From an uncultured Methylophaga sp. (GTDB lineage: Bacteria > Pseudomonadota > Gammaproteobacteria > Nitrosococcales > Methylophagaceae), in contig NZ_CAMYKO010000007.1 of assembly GCF_947259025.1 (NCBI RefSeq), positions 23,945 through 87,944 of the forward strand: a DNA stretch of 64,000 bases. The letters are read 5' to 3'. This document shows, in pieces, positions 47,574-57,663 of the stretch (its first letter is position 1; each line of letters begins with the position of its first letter). The position numbers and the translations under genes are program-made. A model generated the notes under the pieces. It was not told the DNA's origin and did not search any database. It saw only the letters and a program-made list of their open reading frames with translations.

Positions 47574-49084
47574 TTTTTATCCTCAACCATGGGCTTGAAG
47601 CGCTTGAGTTCCAGCAGTCGGTAACCGGTGTAGTTGCCGGCCATCAGCACAAAGGCCATGAAGACCAGTTGCAGACCCAGGAAGTTGAAGGTCAGGTGTC
47701 GGATCAGTTCATTATTCATGGCCAGATAGGCGAGGATAGCGACCAGCAAAGAGCCGCCGCCCTGAATGACGACCTGGTGCGGGCCTTCCTCTTCCCAGAG
47801 GATCGACATCCTTTCAATAGTCCAGGCCAGGATAATCATCGGGAAGAAGGTCACTTTCATGCCCTCGGTCAGGCCCAGTTTATAGGCGATAATCGAGAAC
47901 AACGCGATCATGCCGATGACCATGATGATCACCGCCGATATTCGCGCCACTAATAGCAGATTCAGATAGGACAGGTAGGAGCGGATCAACAGACCCATAC
48001 CGACAATCAGCAGAAAACCAACCAGACCGGTCAGCAGGCTGGTTTGGATAAAGGCCAATGCAATCAGCACAGGCATAAAAGTACCGGAAGTCTTGAGGCC
48101 GACCAGGATCCGCATCAGCACCACCATCAGCACGCCGACCGGGATCAGCAAAATGCCTTTGAACAGGGCCTGTTCTTCCAGTGGCAAAGTATAGAGCGAG
48201 AAGTTGAGCAGTTCATTTTCAGAGAACTTCTGATTCAGCGCAGCGCTGAAAGGCTGTTCCTGTTCGATCATCGAAAAGGTGACCATGGAGTTTTTACCAC
48301 CGACCACTTCCAGGACCGGTCCTGAGTGATATTCCCATAACAGCAGGTTATCCGGACGCCCCTGATGCCCATTTTCCGGGTGGAATAACTGATAATCCTC
48401 ACCATCAAATACCTGGATGTAATCAACCAGTTCCTGACGGCGGCGGCCATCTTCCAGTGACAGGGCGTGGACTTGGCGGGCCGGCACGCCGGCCTGTTGC
48501 AGCAATTGCACGACCCAGTTTATCTGCGGTTTAAGCTGGGCCAGCAACTCCGCATTCTGAGATTGAATACGAAATTCTTGGATCAGTTCCCGTGCCAGGG
48601 TATAAGGCGTGGAAGAGCGTTCCTGAGCACGGTCCAGCAACTGATTGGCGGCCGTGGCGTAGGGTTCTTTTTCGACATTGACCTTGAGTTCCGGCGGCTG
48701 GCTGGGTTGCGGCGGGGCGGCATAAGGGTCAAGCAACATATCCACCCGGTAATAGAGCGCTTGTTCGCCATTGGCCTGACGGATTGACCAGTCTGCACGG
48801 CTGCCACCGTTCTCTTTTTCAGAATAGGCCAGTCCATAGCCGGGGCTGGCTGTTTGTTGATTTAACTGGGTAAAGCCTGGCTGGGTGTTGGGAATCGCCA
48901 GCGAAGCCAGCACTTCATCACCGCTGGCTTCAAATTCGATTTTAGCTTCAATGGACCAGGTCTGGCGGGTTTCTCCCGGTAACCAGGGAATGTCGTAAGT
49001 ATAGTGACGGTGCAGACTGAGACTGATACCGGCAATGATCAGCAAGCCAACCAGCAGGTAAAACGGTTTGCGTGAAGCCATCAA
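47570..49084 (-). CDS. Inactive-transglutaminase / 7TM membrane protein
   Basis: W.IEAKIEF, LEDGRRRQ, GLKTSGTFMP, FFPMIILAWTIERMS, YTGYRLLEL.RF. Confidence 0.88.
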   Translation of the reverse strand: MMASRKPFYLLVGLLIIAGISLSLHRHYTYDIPWLPGETRQTWSIEAKIEFEASGDEVLASLAIPNTQPGFTQLNQQTASPGYGLAYSEKENGGSRADWSIRQANGEQALYYRVDMLLDPYAAPPQPSQPPELKVNVEKEPYATAANQLLDRAQERSSTPYTLARELIQEFRIQSQNAELLAQLKPQINWVVQLLQQAGVPARQVHALSLEDGRRRQELVDYIQVFDGEDYQLFHPENGHQGRPDNLLLWEYHSGPVLEVVGGKNSMVTFSMIEQEQPFSAALNQKFSENELLNFSLYTLPLEEQALFKGILLIPVGVLMVVLMRILVGLKTSGTFMPVLIALAFIQTSLLTGLVGFLLIVGMGLLIRSYLSYLNLLLVARISAVIIMVIGMIALFSIIAYKLGLTEGMKVTFFPMIILAWTIERMSILWEEEGPHQVVIQGGGSLLVAILAYLAMNNELIRHLTFNFLGLQLVFMAFVLMAGNYTGYRLLELKRFKPMVEDKK

Positions 49085-49095
49085 CAGGGTCCTTT

Positions 49096-49959
49096 TTATT
49101 TTTTCTTGCTTTTGCTGACTGCTGCAGGCTGGTTCTGTCCTGCCATGATTTCAGGCTTGGGCTGAACATTTTCCCTGGCGACATCCACCACGGCAACATC
49201 GCGCAAAAACTCTCTGCCCAGTAGAATCGGATAAGTCATCTGTGTGCGGTCAGTCAGGGTAAATTCGGCGACTTCAGTCATCTTACCCAACCGAACCGTC
49301 AGTGCGGCAACCGGCCGTCGGTCCAGCGTGTCTGATGAAGCCTGGCGAATACGCACATAGCGTACCAGTGGCGCCTCAACTTCGAAACTGTCATCACCGT
49401 CATCCGGCGCCAGCTTGAAGCGTACCCAGCGCTTGCCGTCTTTTTCGAATGGCGTGATATCCAGCGCACTGATAGACGAGGTAGTGGCGCCCGTATCGAC
49501 ACGCGCTTCATAGACACGATTGATGGCTTCAATCCACAGCCATTCAACGCGACCCACCACAATTTTATTGCCCAGGTCTTTCGTGCTGCTCGGGGTGGCA
49601 GAAGGTTTGGGACACTCGGCGGGTTTGGCAACGACGACCTGCGCGGGTTTGTCGAAATGCTGCTGCAACTGTGTTTGTATCGAAGCCAGGCTGTTGTCGA
49701 TTTGTTGTTGATTGTTTTCAATCTGCTGTAGTTGTTCACTGTGTTGTTGCTGCTGTCCCTGCCAATCCTGGCACAGGTTAGCGATATTCTCGGTCATTCG
49801 TGTTTCCGAGTTGCTCAGTGCAGTGTCCAGTTGTGACTGAGTGAGCGCTGGAGTGGGTGGGGTGCGGTTGATACAGCCGCTGACAAGCAGGCTGCTGACA
49901 AGCAGGCAGGGAAGAATCAGTCGTGTCATGTGAATCCTGAGTATACGTTTAGACAGCAC
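49096..49959 (-). CDS. RimK-associated aspartic-type ('ATP-dependent zinc') protease, lipoprotein
   Basis: LLVSGC lipobox, ARVDTGATTSS, LTDRTQMTYPILLGREFL. Confidence 0.85.
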   Translation of the reverse strand: MLSKRILRIHMTRLILPCLLVSSLLVSGCINRTPPTPALTQSQLDTALSNSETRMTENIANLCQDWQGQQQQHSEQLQQIENNQQQIDNSLASIQTQLQQHFDKPAQVVVAKPAECPKPSATPSSTKDLGNKIVVGRVEWLWIEAINRVYEARVDTGATTSSISALDITPFEKDGKRWVRFKLAPDDGDDSFEVEAPLVRYVRIRQASSDTLDRRPVAALTVRLGKMTEVAEFTLTDRTQMTYPILLGREFLRDVAVVDVARENVQPKPEIMAGQNQPAAVSKSKKK

Positions 49960-50048
49960 AAACTAATTTATTAGTTTAGCAGACTGGCAGCAGGCAAAGC
50001 TGTGTGTTGTTAGAAACTTTAGCAGATATGCTCAGCGGCTGTGCTGGC

Positions 50049-50816
50049 TTAGTCCGACTTTTTCATCAATAAATGCACGTAGCGACCCATATCGCGATAA
50101 GTGGGTAGGCGGCAGTAACGCTGTTCCAGAGCGAATAATTCAGCTTCATTACTGTTGTTTTTCGCTTCCCGGTTCAGGTAATCATAAAAAACGCGGATAC
50201 CGGTGTGGGTCTCTACACTGAAGCCGGCCTTTTCCATCTCAGCCCGTAAATCATGCGGAAACTGAGGGTGCGGCGGCGTCAGTTTGTGGCCCTTACCGAT
50301 ATAATGGTCATCAAGTATCGGCTGTAGTCGCCAGCCACCCTTGAGCACATTTTGATAGACCATGGCATTGCGGTTATAAAACAGCAAAGACAGATAGCCG
50401 CCGGGTTTGACTCTCTCCGCTATTGCCATCAGCGAGGTTATGGGGTCGGCAAGCCATTCCACCACGGCGTGGCACAATATCAGGTCAAATTGATTTAGTT
50501 GAACTGTCAGAGACTGGGCTGACTGGTGATAAATATCTGCCTCAAAGCCTGCTTCACTGAATTGCGAGCGGGCTTTATCCAGCATCTTTGAAGACAGGTC
50601 ACAAAGAGTGAGACGGTGGCCGTGCCGGGCCAGCCAAAGACTGATTTGTGCCTGCCCGCAGCCGGCATCCCAAACCGTCAGTGACGGTCTTTTAACAAAG
50701 CGTTGTAGATCTTCCTGCAATAATTGCAGCCGCCAACTGCCTTTGATTGTGTCGTAAATGCGGGTCTCAAAACGATCAATTAGATCGTCGAAGTTACGAT
50801 CCTGTTTTACGTTCAT
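50049..50816 (-). CDS. cmoM: tRNA cmo5U methyltransferase CmoM/SmtA-like
   Basis: QDRNFDDL, DAGCGQ SAM motif, LCHAVVEWLADP. Confidence 0.8.
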   Translation of the reverse strand: MNVKQDRNFDDLIDRFETRIYDTIKGSWRLQLLQEDLQRFVKRPSLTVWDAGCGQAQISLWLARHGHRLTLCDLSSKMLDKARSQFSEAGFEADIYHQSAQSLTVQLNQFDLILCHAVVEWLADPITSLMAIAERVKPGGYLSLLFYNRNAMVYQNVLKGGWRLQPILDDHYIGKGHKLTPPHPQFPHDLRAEMEKAGFSVETHTGIRVFYDYLNREAKNNSNEAELFALEQRYCRLPTYRDMGRYVHLLMKKSD

Positions 50817-53800
50817 CTTGCTGGGGTAACAGACTGTCCATCAACTGGTCCAACGCCACAATGCGATCTTCGGCTTCCGGCATATCCTCGCTGAAGCGCA
50901 GCTTGTCCTGGCCGTCGAGTTTGAATTTCTGCGGTTGTTTCTGGATCAGATTGATAATGGTCATCGGATCGATATTGGGTTCTTCTTCAAAGATCAGACG
51001 ACCGCCGGCATCATAGACATCGATCTTGCGAATGCCGATTTGCTTGGCTTTAAAACGCAGTTCGTGCACCGCAAACAGGGTTTTGACCTGTTCCGGTAGC
51101 AGGCCGAAGCGGTCGATCATTTCTACCTGCAGTTCGTGCAGGGCATCCATATCGGCAGCAGCACCGATGCGTTTATACAATACCAGTCGCGTGTGCACAT
51201 CAGGCAGATAATCGGATGGAATCAAAGCCGGCACATGTAGGTCAATTTCGACAAAGTGACGGCCATCATTGTTAAAGCTTGGCTCCTTGCCGGATTTCAG
51301 GGCTTTGACGGCGCGTTCCAGCAACTCATTGTATAGATTAAAGCCGATTTCCTGCATCTGGCCGCTTTGCTCATCACCCAGCAGTTCACCGGCGCCACGG
51401 ATTTCCATATCGTGGGTGGCGAGGGTAAAGCCGGTACCCAGATCTTCAATGGATTCAATCGCTTCCAGCCGTTTAACCGCGTCCTTGGTCATCACCTTTT
51501 GAGGCGGGGTGATTAAATAGGCATAAGCACGGTGATGAGAACGACCGACCCGGCCACGGATCTGATACAGCTGTGCCAGCCCCAGTTTGTCAGCACGGTC
51601 GATAAAGATGGTGTTGGCCGATGGCACGTCGATGCCGGTCTCGATAATGGTGGTGCAGACCAGCACATTAAAACGCTGGTGGTAGAAGTCGAGCATGACC
51701 TGTTCCAGTTCACGCTCACGCATCTGACCGTGGGCGACGGCGACTTTGGCTTCAGGCATAATCGCTTCCACCTCGCGGGCAATGCGCTCAATGTCCTCAA
51801 CCTTATTGTGCAGGAAGTACACCTGGCCGCCGCGCTTGATTTCACGCAGCATGCCTTCCCGTATGCGTTCACTGTCCCAACCCATTACAAAGGTCTTGAT
51901 GGCAAGTCGGCGTGCTGGTGCGGTAGCAATAATCGACAGATCGCGAATGCCGGAAATCGACATATTAAGGGTTCTGGGGATGGGGGTGGCGGTTAAAGTC
52001 AGCACATCGATCTGGGCGCGGAATTTCTTGATCTGTTCTTTCTGGGTGACACCAAAGCGGTGTTCCTCATCGAGCACAAACAGGCCCAGTCGTTTGGGTT
52101 CAATATCCTGCTGCAGCAATTTGTGGGTGCCGATGATGATATCCGCATGACCTTCGCTGATGGAGGATTTGACCCGGTCCAGTTCTTTTTTTGAGCGAAA
52201 GCGCGACAGCACTTCGACCCTGACTGGCCAGTCGGCAAAGCGGTCTTTGAAGTTTTCATAATGCTGCTGGGCGAGCAGGGTGGTGGGCACCAGAACCAGC
52301 ACCTGTTTGCCGGAATGTACGGCAAGAAAAGCGGCACGCATCGCGACTTCGGTCTTACCAAAGCCGACATCGCCGCAGACCAGGCGGTCCATCGGATGTT
52401 CGGACAACATATCCTTGGTCACGGCATCGATGGCATCCTGCTGGTCGGGCGTGGTTTCAAACGGGAAGGCCGCAGCAAAAGCCGCATAGTCTTCTCCCGG
52501 CATCGCCATCGGTGTTTTCTTGTTAGCCGCCCGTTTGGCATAAATTTCCAAAAGCTCGGCAGCCACATCCCGGGCTTTTTCGGCAGCCCGTTTACGTGCC
52601 TTTTCCCACTGACTGGTGCCCAGTTTGTGTAAGGGGGCCAGTTCCGGTGCGGCGCCCGAGTAGCGGCTGATCAGATCCAGTGAGGCTACCGGCACATAGA
52701 GCTTGTCGCCCTTGGCGTATTCCAGGGTCATGTATTCGGCCGTGACATCGCCGATATCCAGAGTTTGTAGCCCCAGATAGCGACCCACACCGTGATCTTC
52801 ATGTACTACCGCATCACCCACCGAGAGTTCGGCCAGATTGCGGATAATGGCATCGGTGTCGCGCTTCTTGCGGCTGCGACGACGGCGCTGCATGACCTGC
52901 TGTCCGAACAACTGCGCCTCGGCAATGACCGCAATGCCCAGTTCGGGCAGGATCAGGCCCTGCTCCATTGGCGCCACGGTGACCGCCAGTTTGTCATCAC
53001 CGTCGATAAAGGCATCCCAGTTTTTGACAGTACTGAGCTTGATATCGTGCTGACGCAGCATATCCAGCAGCGTTTCGCGGCGACCGGCACTTTCGGCGGC
53101 AAACAGAATGCGGCCGTCAAAACTATCGATAAACTGTTCCAGCGCCTCGCAGGGTTTATCGCGGCGCACATTCATGGTCAGTTGCGGCGGAATGCTGCTG
53201 GCATAATTAATATGGCCAGCCTTGCCTTCCTGCTCAAAGCTTTGCAGTTGCAGCCGCTGATAGTGTTTAAAGCGGGAGAACAGATCTTCTACCGGTACAA
53301 ACACAACCTGCGGCTCCAACAGCGGCCTTTCAATATCGACACGGTGCTGGCGGAATCGCTCACTGATTTCCTGCCAGAAAATGTCGGCACCATGATGGGG
53401 ATCGGCGACATTGGCGATCATCGTGTTTTCAGGCAGGTAGTCCAGCAGCGTGCTGGTCTGCTCAAAAAACAGCGGCAGGTAATATTCAATCCCGCCCGGC
53501 AGGTTGCCATCACTCACTTCACGGTAGATAAAGCTGCGCTGTGGATCACCCTCAAAGTGGCGGCGAAACTGTTGGCGGAACAACTGGATGCCGTCTTCAG
53601 TCATCGGGAATTCGCGGGCCGGCAACAGGCGAATCGAATCGATGGTTTTGATCGAGCGCTGGGTTTCCGGATCAAAGGTGCGCAGCGTGTCGATCTCATC
53701 ATCGAACAGATCAATACGGTAGGGCAGTTTGCTGCCCATCGGGTAGAGGTCGATAATGGCGCCGCGCACGGCAAATTCGCCATGCTCCATCACCTGCGAT

Positions 53801-54309
53801 ACATTGCGGTAGCCGGCCTTTTCCAGTCGCTGGCGCCAGCTTTCAATGTCAAACTGGTCACCGGTTTGCAGCATCAGTGTGTTGCCTTCCAGGAAAGCAC
53901 GCGGTGCAATGCGCTGCATCAGGGTGGCAATCGGTACAAACAAAATGCCCTGCTTGAACTCAGGCAACTGGTGCAGCGTCTGCAGGCGTTCGGAGACGAT
54001 GTCCTGATGCGGGGAGAAGGTATCGTAAGGCAGGGTTTCCCAGTCGGGAAAGTGCAAAATCGCTTGCTGTTGACTGCCCAGATAGAACTTGGCTTCCATT
54101 TCCAGTCGGTGGGCAGTCGCCATATCATCGGTGACCACCAGTACCGGGCCCTCATGTTGCTGGGCAGCTTTGGCCAGCAACAGCCCCTGGGCACTGCCAT
54201 AAAGCTGACCGGCAGAGAGGGCTTTTTTATTGTCGGCGGGTAACTGCGGATGTAATAGGTTTATCTGGGATTGGCGCACGATTTTTTGCGTATCAGGTAA
54301 AGCGGCCAT
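50794..54309 (-). CDS. mfd: Transcription-repair coupling factor
   Basis: FPDWETLPYD, VHEDHGVGRY, CGDVGFGKTEVA, DEEHRFGV, QLYQIRGRVGRS. Confidence 0.97.
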   Translation of the reverse strand: MAALPDTQKIVRQSQINLLHPQLPADNKKALSAGQLYGSAQGLLLAKAAQQHEGPVLVVTDDMATAHRLEMEAKFYLGSQQQAILHFPDWETLPYDTFSPHQDIVSERLQTLHQLPEFKQGILFVPIATLMQRIAPRAFLEGNTLMLQTGDQFDIESWRQRLEKAGYRNVSQVMEHGEFAVRGAIIDLYPMGSKLPYRIDLFDDEIDTLRTFDPETQRSIKTIDSIRLLPAREFPMTEDGIQLFRQQFRRHFEGDPQRSFIYREVSDGNLPGGIEYYLPLFFEQTSTLLDYLPENTMIANVADPHHGADIFWQEISERFRQHRVDIERPLLEPQVVFVPVEDLFSRFKHYQRLQLQSFEQEGKAGHINYASSIPPQLTMNVRRDKPCEALEQFIDSFDGRILFAAESAGRRETLLDMLRQHDIKLSTVKNWDAFIDGDDKLAVTVAPMEQGLILPELGIAVIAEAQLFGQQVMQRRRRSRKKRDTDAIIRNLAELSVGDAVVHEDHGVGRYLGLQTLDIGDVTAEYMTLEYAKGDKLYVPVASLDLISRYSGAAPELAPLHKLGTSQWEKARKRAAEKARDVAAELLEIYAKRAANKKTPMAMPGEDYAAFAAAFPFETTPDQQDAIDAVTKDMLSEHPMDRLVCGDVGFGKTEVAMRAAFLAVHSGKQVLVLVPTTLLAQQHYENFKDRFADWPVRVEVLSRFRSKKELDRVKSSISEGHADIIIGTHKLLQQDIEPKRLGLFVLDEEHRFGVTQKEQIKKFRAQIDVLTLTATPIPRTLNMSISGIRDLSIIATAPARRLAIKTFVMGWDSERIREGMLREIKRGGQVYFLHNKVEDIERIAREVEAIMPEAKVAVAHGQMRERELEQVMLDFYHQRFNVLVCTTIIETGIDVPSANTIFIDRADKLGLAQLYQIRGRVGRSHHRAYAYLITPPQKVMTKDAVKRLEAIESIEDLGTGFTLATHDMEIRGAGELLGDEQSGQMQEIGFNLYNELLERAVKALKSGKEPSFNNDGRHFVEIDLHVPALIPSDYLPDVHTRLVLYKRIGAAADMDALHELQVEMIDRFGLLPEQVKTLFAVHELRFKAKQIGIRKIDVYDAGGRLIFEEEPNIDPMTIINLIQKQPQKFKLDGQDKLRFSEDMPEAEDRIVALDQLMDSLLPQQDERKTGS

Positions 54310-54548
54310 TTTCTCATAAATTGTTGTGCTCTTGTCAGTTCGGCAAAATCAGGGCACATTATTCCCTGCATTTTATAGGGTTTGTTTATCTATTATTGGT
54401 GCCGAAGCCGGCACCTGATAAAGATCATCAAACGCTGGGTTGATAACAAAAAAGACATGCCCTTTGCCGGGCCAGACTAATAAAAACAAGGCCATCAGGC
54501 ACAAGCCATTAAGCATCTGTGCAGCAAGGGAGCGGGAGAGAGACTATA

Positions 54549-54758
54549 ATGAAAAGAATAGAAAATGTGGTATTGCTGAAGGTGATCGGCAGTTGTGAAT
54601 TGATTGCCGCACTGGCGATGTTTTATTTCTTCCATGAAGATGTGCCGGCTCTTATCGGTGGTGTGATTCTGCTGGGCCTCTCAGCCAACAGCTTCTTCCA
54701 GGCACATAAATGTTATCAGCGCCAGTATTCACCTAAGAAAAACAACAAGAGCGAGTAA
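54549..54758 (+). CDS. Small two-TM hypothetical membrane protein
   Basis: GAGAG RBS, two hydrophobic helices, basic tail; fills the gap before uvrC. Confidence 0.6.
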   Translation: MKRIENVVLLKVIGSCELIAALAMFYFFHEDVPALIGGVILLGLSANSFFQAHKCYQRQYSPKKNNKSE

Positions 54759-54771
54759 AGATTGATTGACT

Positions 54772-56610
54772 ATGGCTGAAGCCGACGCGCCACAAACAGA
54801 CAACGGGTTTGATTCGGCCGCCTTTCTGAAAAATCTGACCAGTCGCCCCGGTGTTTATCGCATGCTGGATAGCAGCGGCACCGTCATTTATGTGGGCAAA
54901 GCCAAGAACCTGAAAAAACGCGTTGCCAGTTATTTCAGAAAAACCGGGCTGCCGCCTAAAACGCGAGTGATGGTGGCCCAGATCGCGGCGATTGAAACCA
55001 CCGTGACCCACACCGAAAACGAGGCCTTAATCCTTGAGAATAATCTGATCAAGGAGTTGATGCCGCGTTACAACATTCTGCTGCGCGACGACAAAAGCTA
55101 TCCCTACCTGTTTATATCGGGCGATACTTTTCCCCGTCTGAGCCTACATCGCGGTGCCAAGCGCAAGAAAGGCCGTTATTTCGGTCCCTATCCCAGCGCC
55201 GGTGCGGTGCGCGACAGCCTCAATCTGCTGCAGAAACTGTTCCCGGTGCGTCAATGCGAAGACAGCTATTACCAGAATCGTTCGCGCCCCTGCCTGCAAT
55301 ACCAGATCAAACGTTGCACCGCCCCCTGTGTGGGGCTGGTTAGCGAAGCCGAATATCAGAAAGATATTGAACACACCATTATGTTTCTGGAAGGCAAGAA
55401 CCAGCAGGTGATGGCCGATCTGACTGAGGAAATGGAGCAGGCTTCGAGGAACTTGGAGTTTGAGCATGCCGGTGCTGTGCGCGATAAAATTATTGCGCTG
55501 CGCCGGGTGCAGGAGCGCCAGTATGTCAGTTCGGCACAGGGCGAGTTTGATGTGCTGGCGGCGATCGTCCGCGATGGCATGGCCGTGGTGGAAGTGTCAT
55601 TTATCCGTGGCGGTCGTAACCTTGGCAGCAAGAGTTATTTCCCCAAGGGCGCGGCCGACAGCCCGGAAGAATTACTGGAAGCCTTTGTTCCGCAATATTA
55701 TCTGGGCAAGGACGTGCCCGGTGAAATTCTGCTTAGCCATATACCGGCAGATCTGGCTTTACTGGAAGCCGTGTTGCAGAGCGAATCCGGTCATAAAGTC
55801 AGCCTGCGGCAGCCCAAGCGCGGGCAGGGTGTGCGTTGGATGCAGATGGTACAGACCAATGCCGACATCAGCCTGACCCAGCGCCTCAGCAGCCGCTCCA
55901 ATCTGTTGCAGCGCTTTGAAACGCTGCAGGATGCGCTGGAACTGGATGAACTGCCCAAACGCATTGAATGTTTTGACATCAGTCATACCCGAGGCGAAAA
56001 AACTGTGGCGTCTTGTGTGGTGTTCGGGCTGGAAGGGGCGATTAAGGCCGACTATCGTAAATTCAACATTGAAGGTATTACCGGCGGCGATGACTATGCG
56101 GCGATGAATCAGGCGCTGAGCCGGCGTTTTACCCGTTTGCAGAAAGGCGAGGGGAAACGCCCCGATCTTCTTTTAATAGACGGTGGTAAGGGCCAGATCA
56201 AAGAAGCACAGGAAGTCCTTGCCGAACTCAACCTGAGCGATTTACCGATTCTTGGTATTGCCAAAGGCCCGGAACGCAAGCCCGGTGAAGAAACCCTCTT
56301 TCTGGTGGGGCGCGAGGGTGAGGTCACTCTGTCCGCTGACTCGCCGGCTTTGCATTTACTGCAGCAGGTGCGCGATGAGGCGCATCGCTTTGCCATTACC
56401 GGTCACCGTCAGCGTCGTGGTAAAGCGCGCAAAACCTCGACCCTGGAGCAGATTGAGGGACTGGGCCCTAAACGCCGGCAGAAACTGTTGCAGCAATTCG
56501 GTGGCCTGCAGGAAGTTCAGCGTGCCGGGGTAGAAGCGCTGGCTAATGTCGATGGCATCAGCAAGTCGCTGGCGCAGAAAATTTATGATGTCTTCCATGG
56601 TGATAATTAA
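54772..56610 (+). CDS. uvrC: Excinuclease ABC subunit C
   Basis: PGVYRM, IYVGKAKNLKKRV, IECFDISH, IDGGKGQ, RDEAHRFAI. Confidence 0.97.
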   Translation: MAEADAPQTDNGFDSAAFLKNLTSRPGVYRMLDSSGTVIYVGKAKNLKKRVASYFRKTGLPPKTRVMVAQIAAIETTVTHTENEALILENNLIKELMPRYNILLRDDKSYPYLFISGDTFPRLSLHRGAKRKKGRYFGPYPSAGAVRDSLNLLQKLFPVRQCEDSYYQNRSRPCLQYQIKRCTAPCVGLVSEAEYQKDIEHTIMFLEGKNQQVMADLTEEMEQASRNLEFEHAGAVRDKIIALRRVQERQYVSSAQGEFDVLAAIVRDGMAVVEVSFIRGGRNLGSKSYFPKGAADSPEELLEAFVPQYYLGKDVPGEILLSHIPADLALLEAVLQSESGHKVSLRQPKRGQGVRWMQMVQTNADISLTQRLSSRSNLLQRFETLQDALELDELPKRIECFDISHTRGEKTVASCVVFGLEGAIKADYRKFNIEGITGGDDYAAMNQALSRRFTRLQKGEGKRPDLLLIDGGKGQIKEAQEVLAELNLSDLPILGIAKGPERKPGEETLFLVGREGEVTLSADSPALHLLQQVRDEAHRFAITGHRQRRGKARKTSTLEQIEGLGPKRRQKLLQQFGGLQEVQRAGVEALANVDGISKSLAQKIYDVFHGDN

Positions 56611-56698
56611 AGCCCTGTCCGCTACCGGTCTTCAGCGTTTCTGTATCCAACATGGCTTAGTGCTAAGATAACGACGATTTTTATAATAAGTGACGACA

Positions 56699-57256
56699 AT
56701 GTTGAATTTGCCCAATATCCTGAGCCTGCTGCGGATCGTACTGATCCCGGTACTGGTGCTGCTTTATTTCCTGCCCTACGAGAGTGCGACTATCTGGGCG
56801 ACCGGGGTATTTGTGGTGGCTGCGGTGACAGACTGGCTGGATGGTTATCTGGCCCGTAAATGGGATCAGACGTCACCGTTCGGGGCGTTTATCGATCCGG
56901 TCGCCGATAAGTTAATCGTTGTTGTGGCGCTGGTCATGATCCTGTTCAAGTCACCGGCCTGGTATGTGGTGATACCGGTGATTTTAATTATCGCCAGGGA
57001 GATCACGATTTCCGCTTTGCGCGAGTGGATGGCTGAACTGGGACAGCGTGCTGCTGTAAAAGTCTCCAAGCTCGGCAAGTGGAAAACCACCTTTCAGATG
57101 ATTGCCATTGGCTGCTTGATTTTCTATAAACCCTTATTCGGATTGCCAATTTTTGAAATCGGCGTGGTGCTGCTCTATCTGGCTGCGTGGCTGACTTTAC
57201 AGTCGATGTGGAATTATTTACGTGCTGCTCTGCCATTGTTGCTGGATAAGGGTTGA
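56699..57256 (+). CDS. pgsA: CDP-diacylglycerol--glycerol-3-phosphate 3-phosphatidyltransferase
   Basis: NLPNILSLLR, TDWLDGYLAR, FGAFIDPVADK, GKWKT. Confidence 0.95.
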   Translation: MLNLPNILSLLRIVLIPVLVLLYFLPYESATIWATGVFVVAAVTDWLDGYLARKWDQTSPFGAFIDPVADKLIVVVALVMILFKSPAWYVVIPVILIIAREITISALREWMAELGQRAAVKVSKLGKWKTTFQMIAIGCLIFYKPLFGLPIFEIGVVLLYLAAWLTLQSMWNYLRAALPLLLDKG

Positions 57257-57280
57257 CATAAAAATTTAACCCCCTATAAT
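57253..57280 (+). promoter_or_regulatory. Sigma70 promoter of the tRNA operon
   Basis: Perfect TTGACA-N16-TATAAT followed by a GC-rich discriminator GCTCCAC. Confidence 0.9.
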
Positions 57281-57294
57281 GCTCCACTTCCTCA

Positions 57295-57370
57295 GCGGGA
57301 ATAGCTCAGCTGGTAGAGCACAACCTTGCCAAGGTTGGGGTCGCGAGTTCGAATCTCGTTTCCCGCTCCA
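57295..57370 (+). tRNA. tRNA-Gly (GCC)
   Basis: GCGGGAATAGCTCAG...CTTGCCAAG...GTTCGAATCTCGTTTCCCGCTCCA, 76 nt. Confidence 0.98.
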
Positions 57371-57433
57371 GAATTCCTAAAAAGCCGCGGTTAGTCGAAG
57401 TTACTACTGCGGCTTTTTAGTATTGCCCCCAAG

Positions 57434-57507
57434 GGCTGGGTGGCAGAGTGGTTATGCAGCGGACTGCAACTCCGTGTACGCCGGTTCGATTCCGACCCCA
57501 GCCTCCA
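57434..57507 (+). tRNA. tRNA-Cys (GCA)
   Basis: GGCTGGGTGGCAGAGTGG...ACTGCAACT...GTTCGATTCCGACCCCAGCCTCCA, 74 nt. Confidence 0.97.
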
Positions 57508-57607
57508 TTTTCTCTTTTCACACTTCCCCGTAACATCTCAAAACGTTGATATATCAACGTATAACGCTGTTATTTATTCCCCTGACACCTCATAACCTTT
57601 CTAGACA

Positions 57608-57663
57608 TACCACCAAAATTGGTGGTAACTTCGGTGGTAACTCCATACCCGCTGGTGGTAACT
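57608..57663. repeat. Integrase arm-type site candidates
   Basis: GGTGGTAACT at 57621, 57633 and 57654; inverted TACCACCAA at 57608-57616. Confidence 0.7.

Noticed and set aside
49640-49760. CAA/CAG-rich tract in the protease gene as a contingency repeat
   Set aside because: Imperfect mixed codons encoding a Gln-rich coiled coil, not a simple-sequence repeat.
52792-54243. 483-aa plus-strand ORF
   Set aside because: Entirely antisense to mfd, no recognisable motif; shadow ORF.
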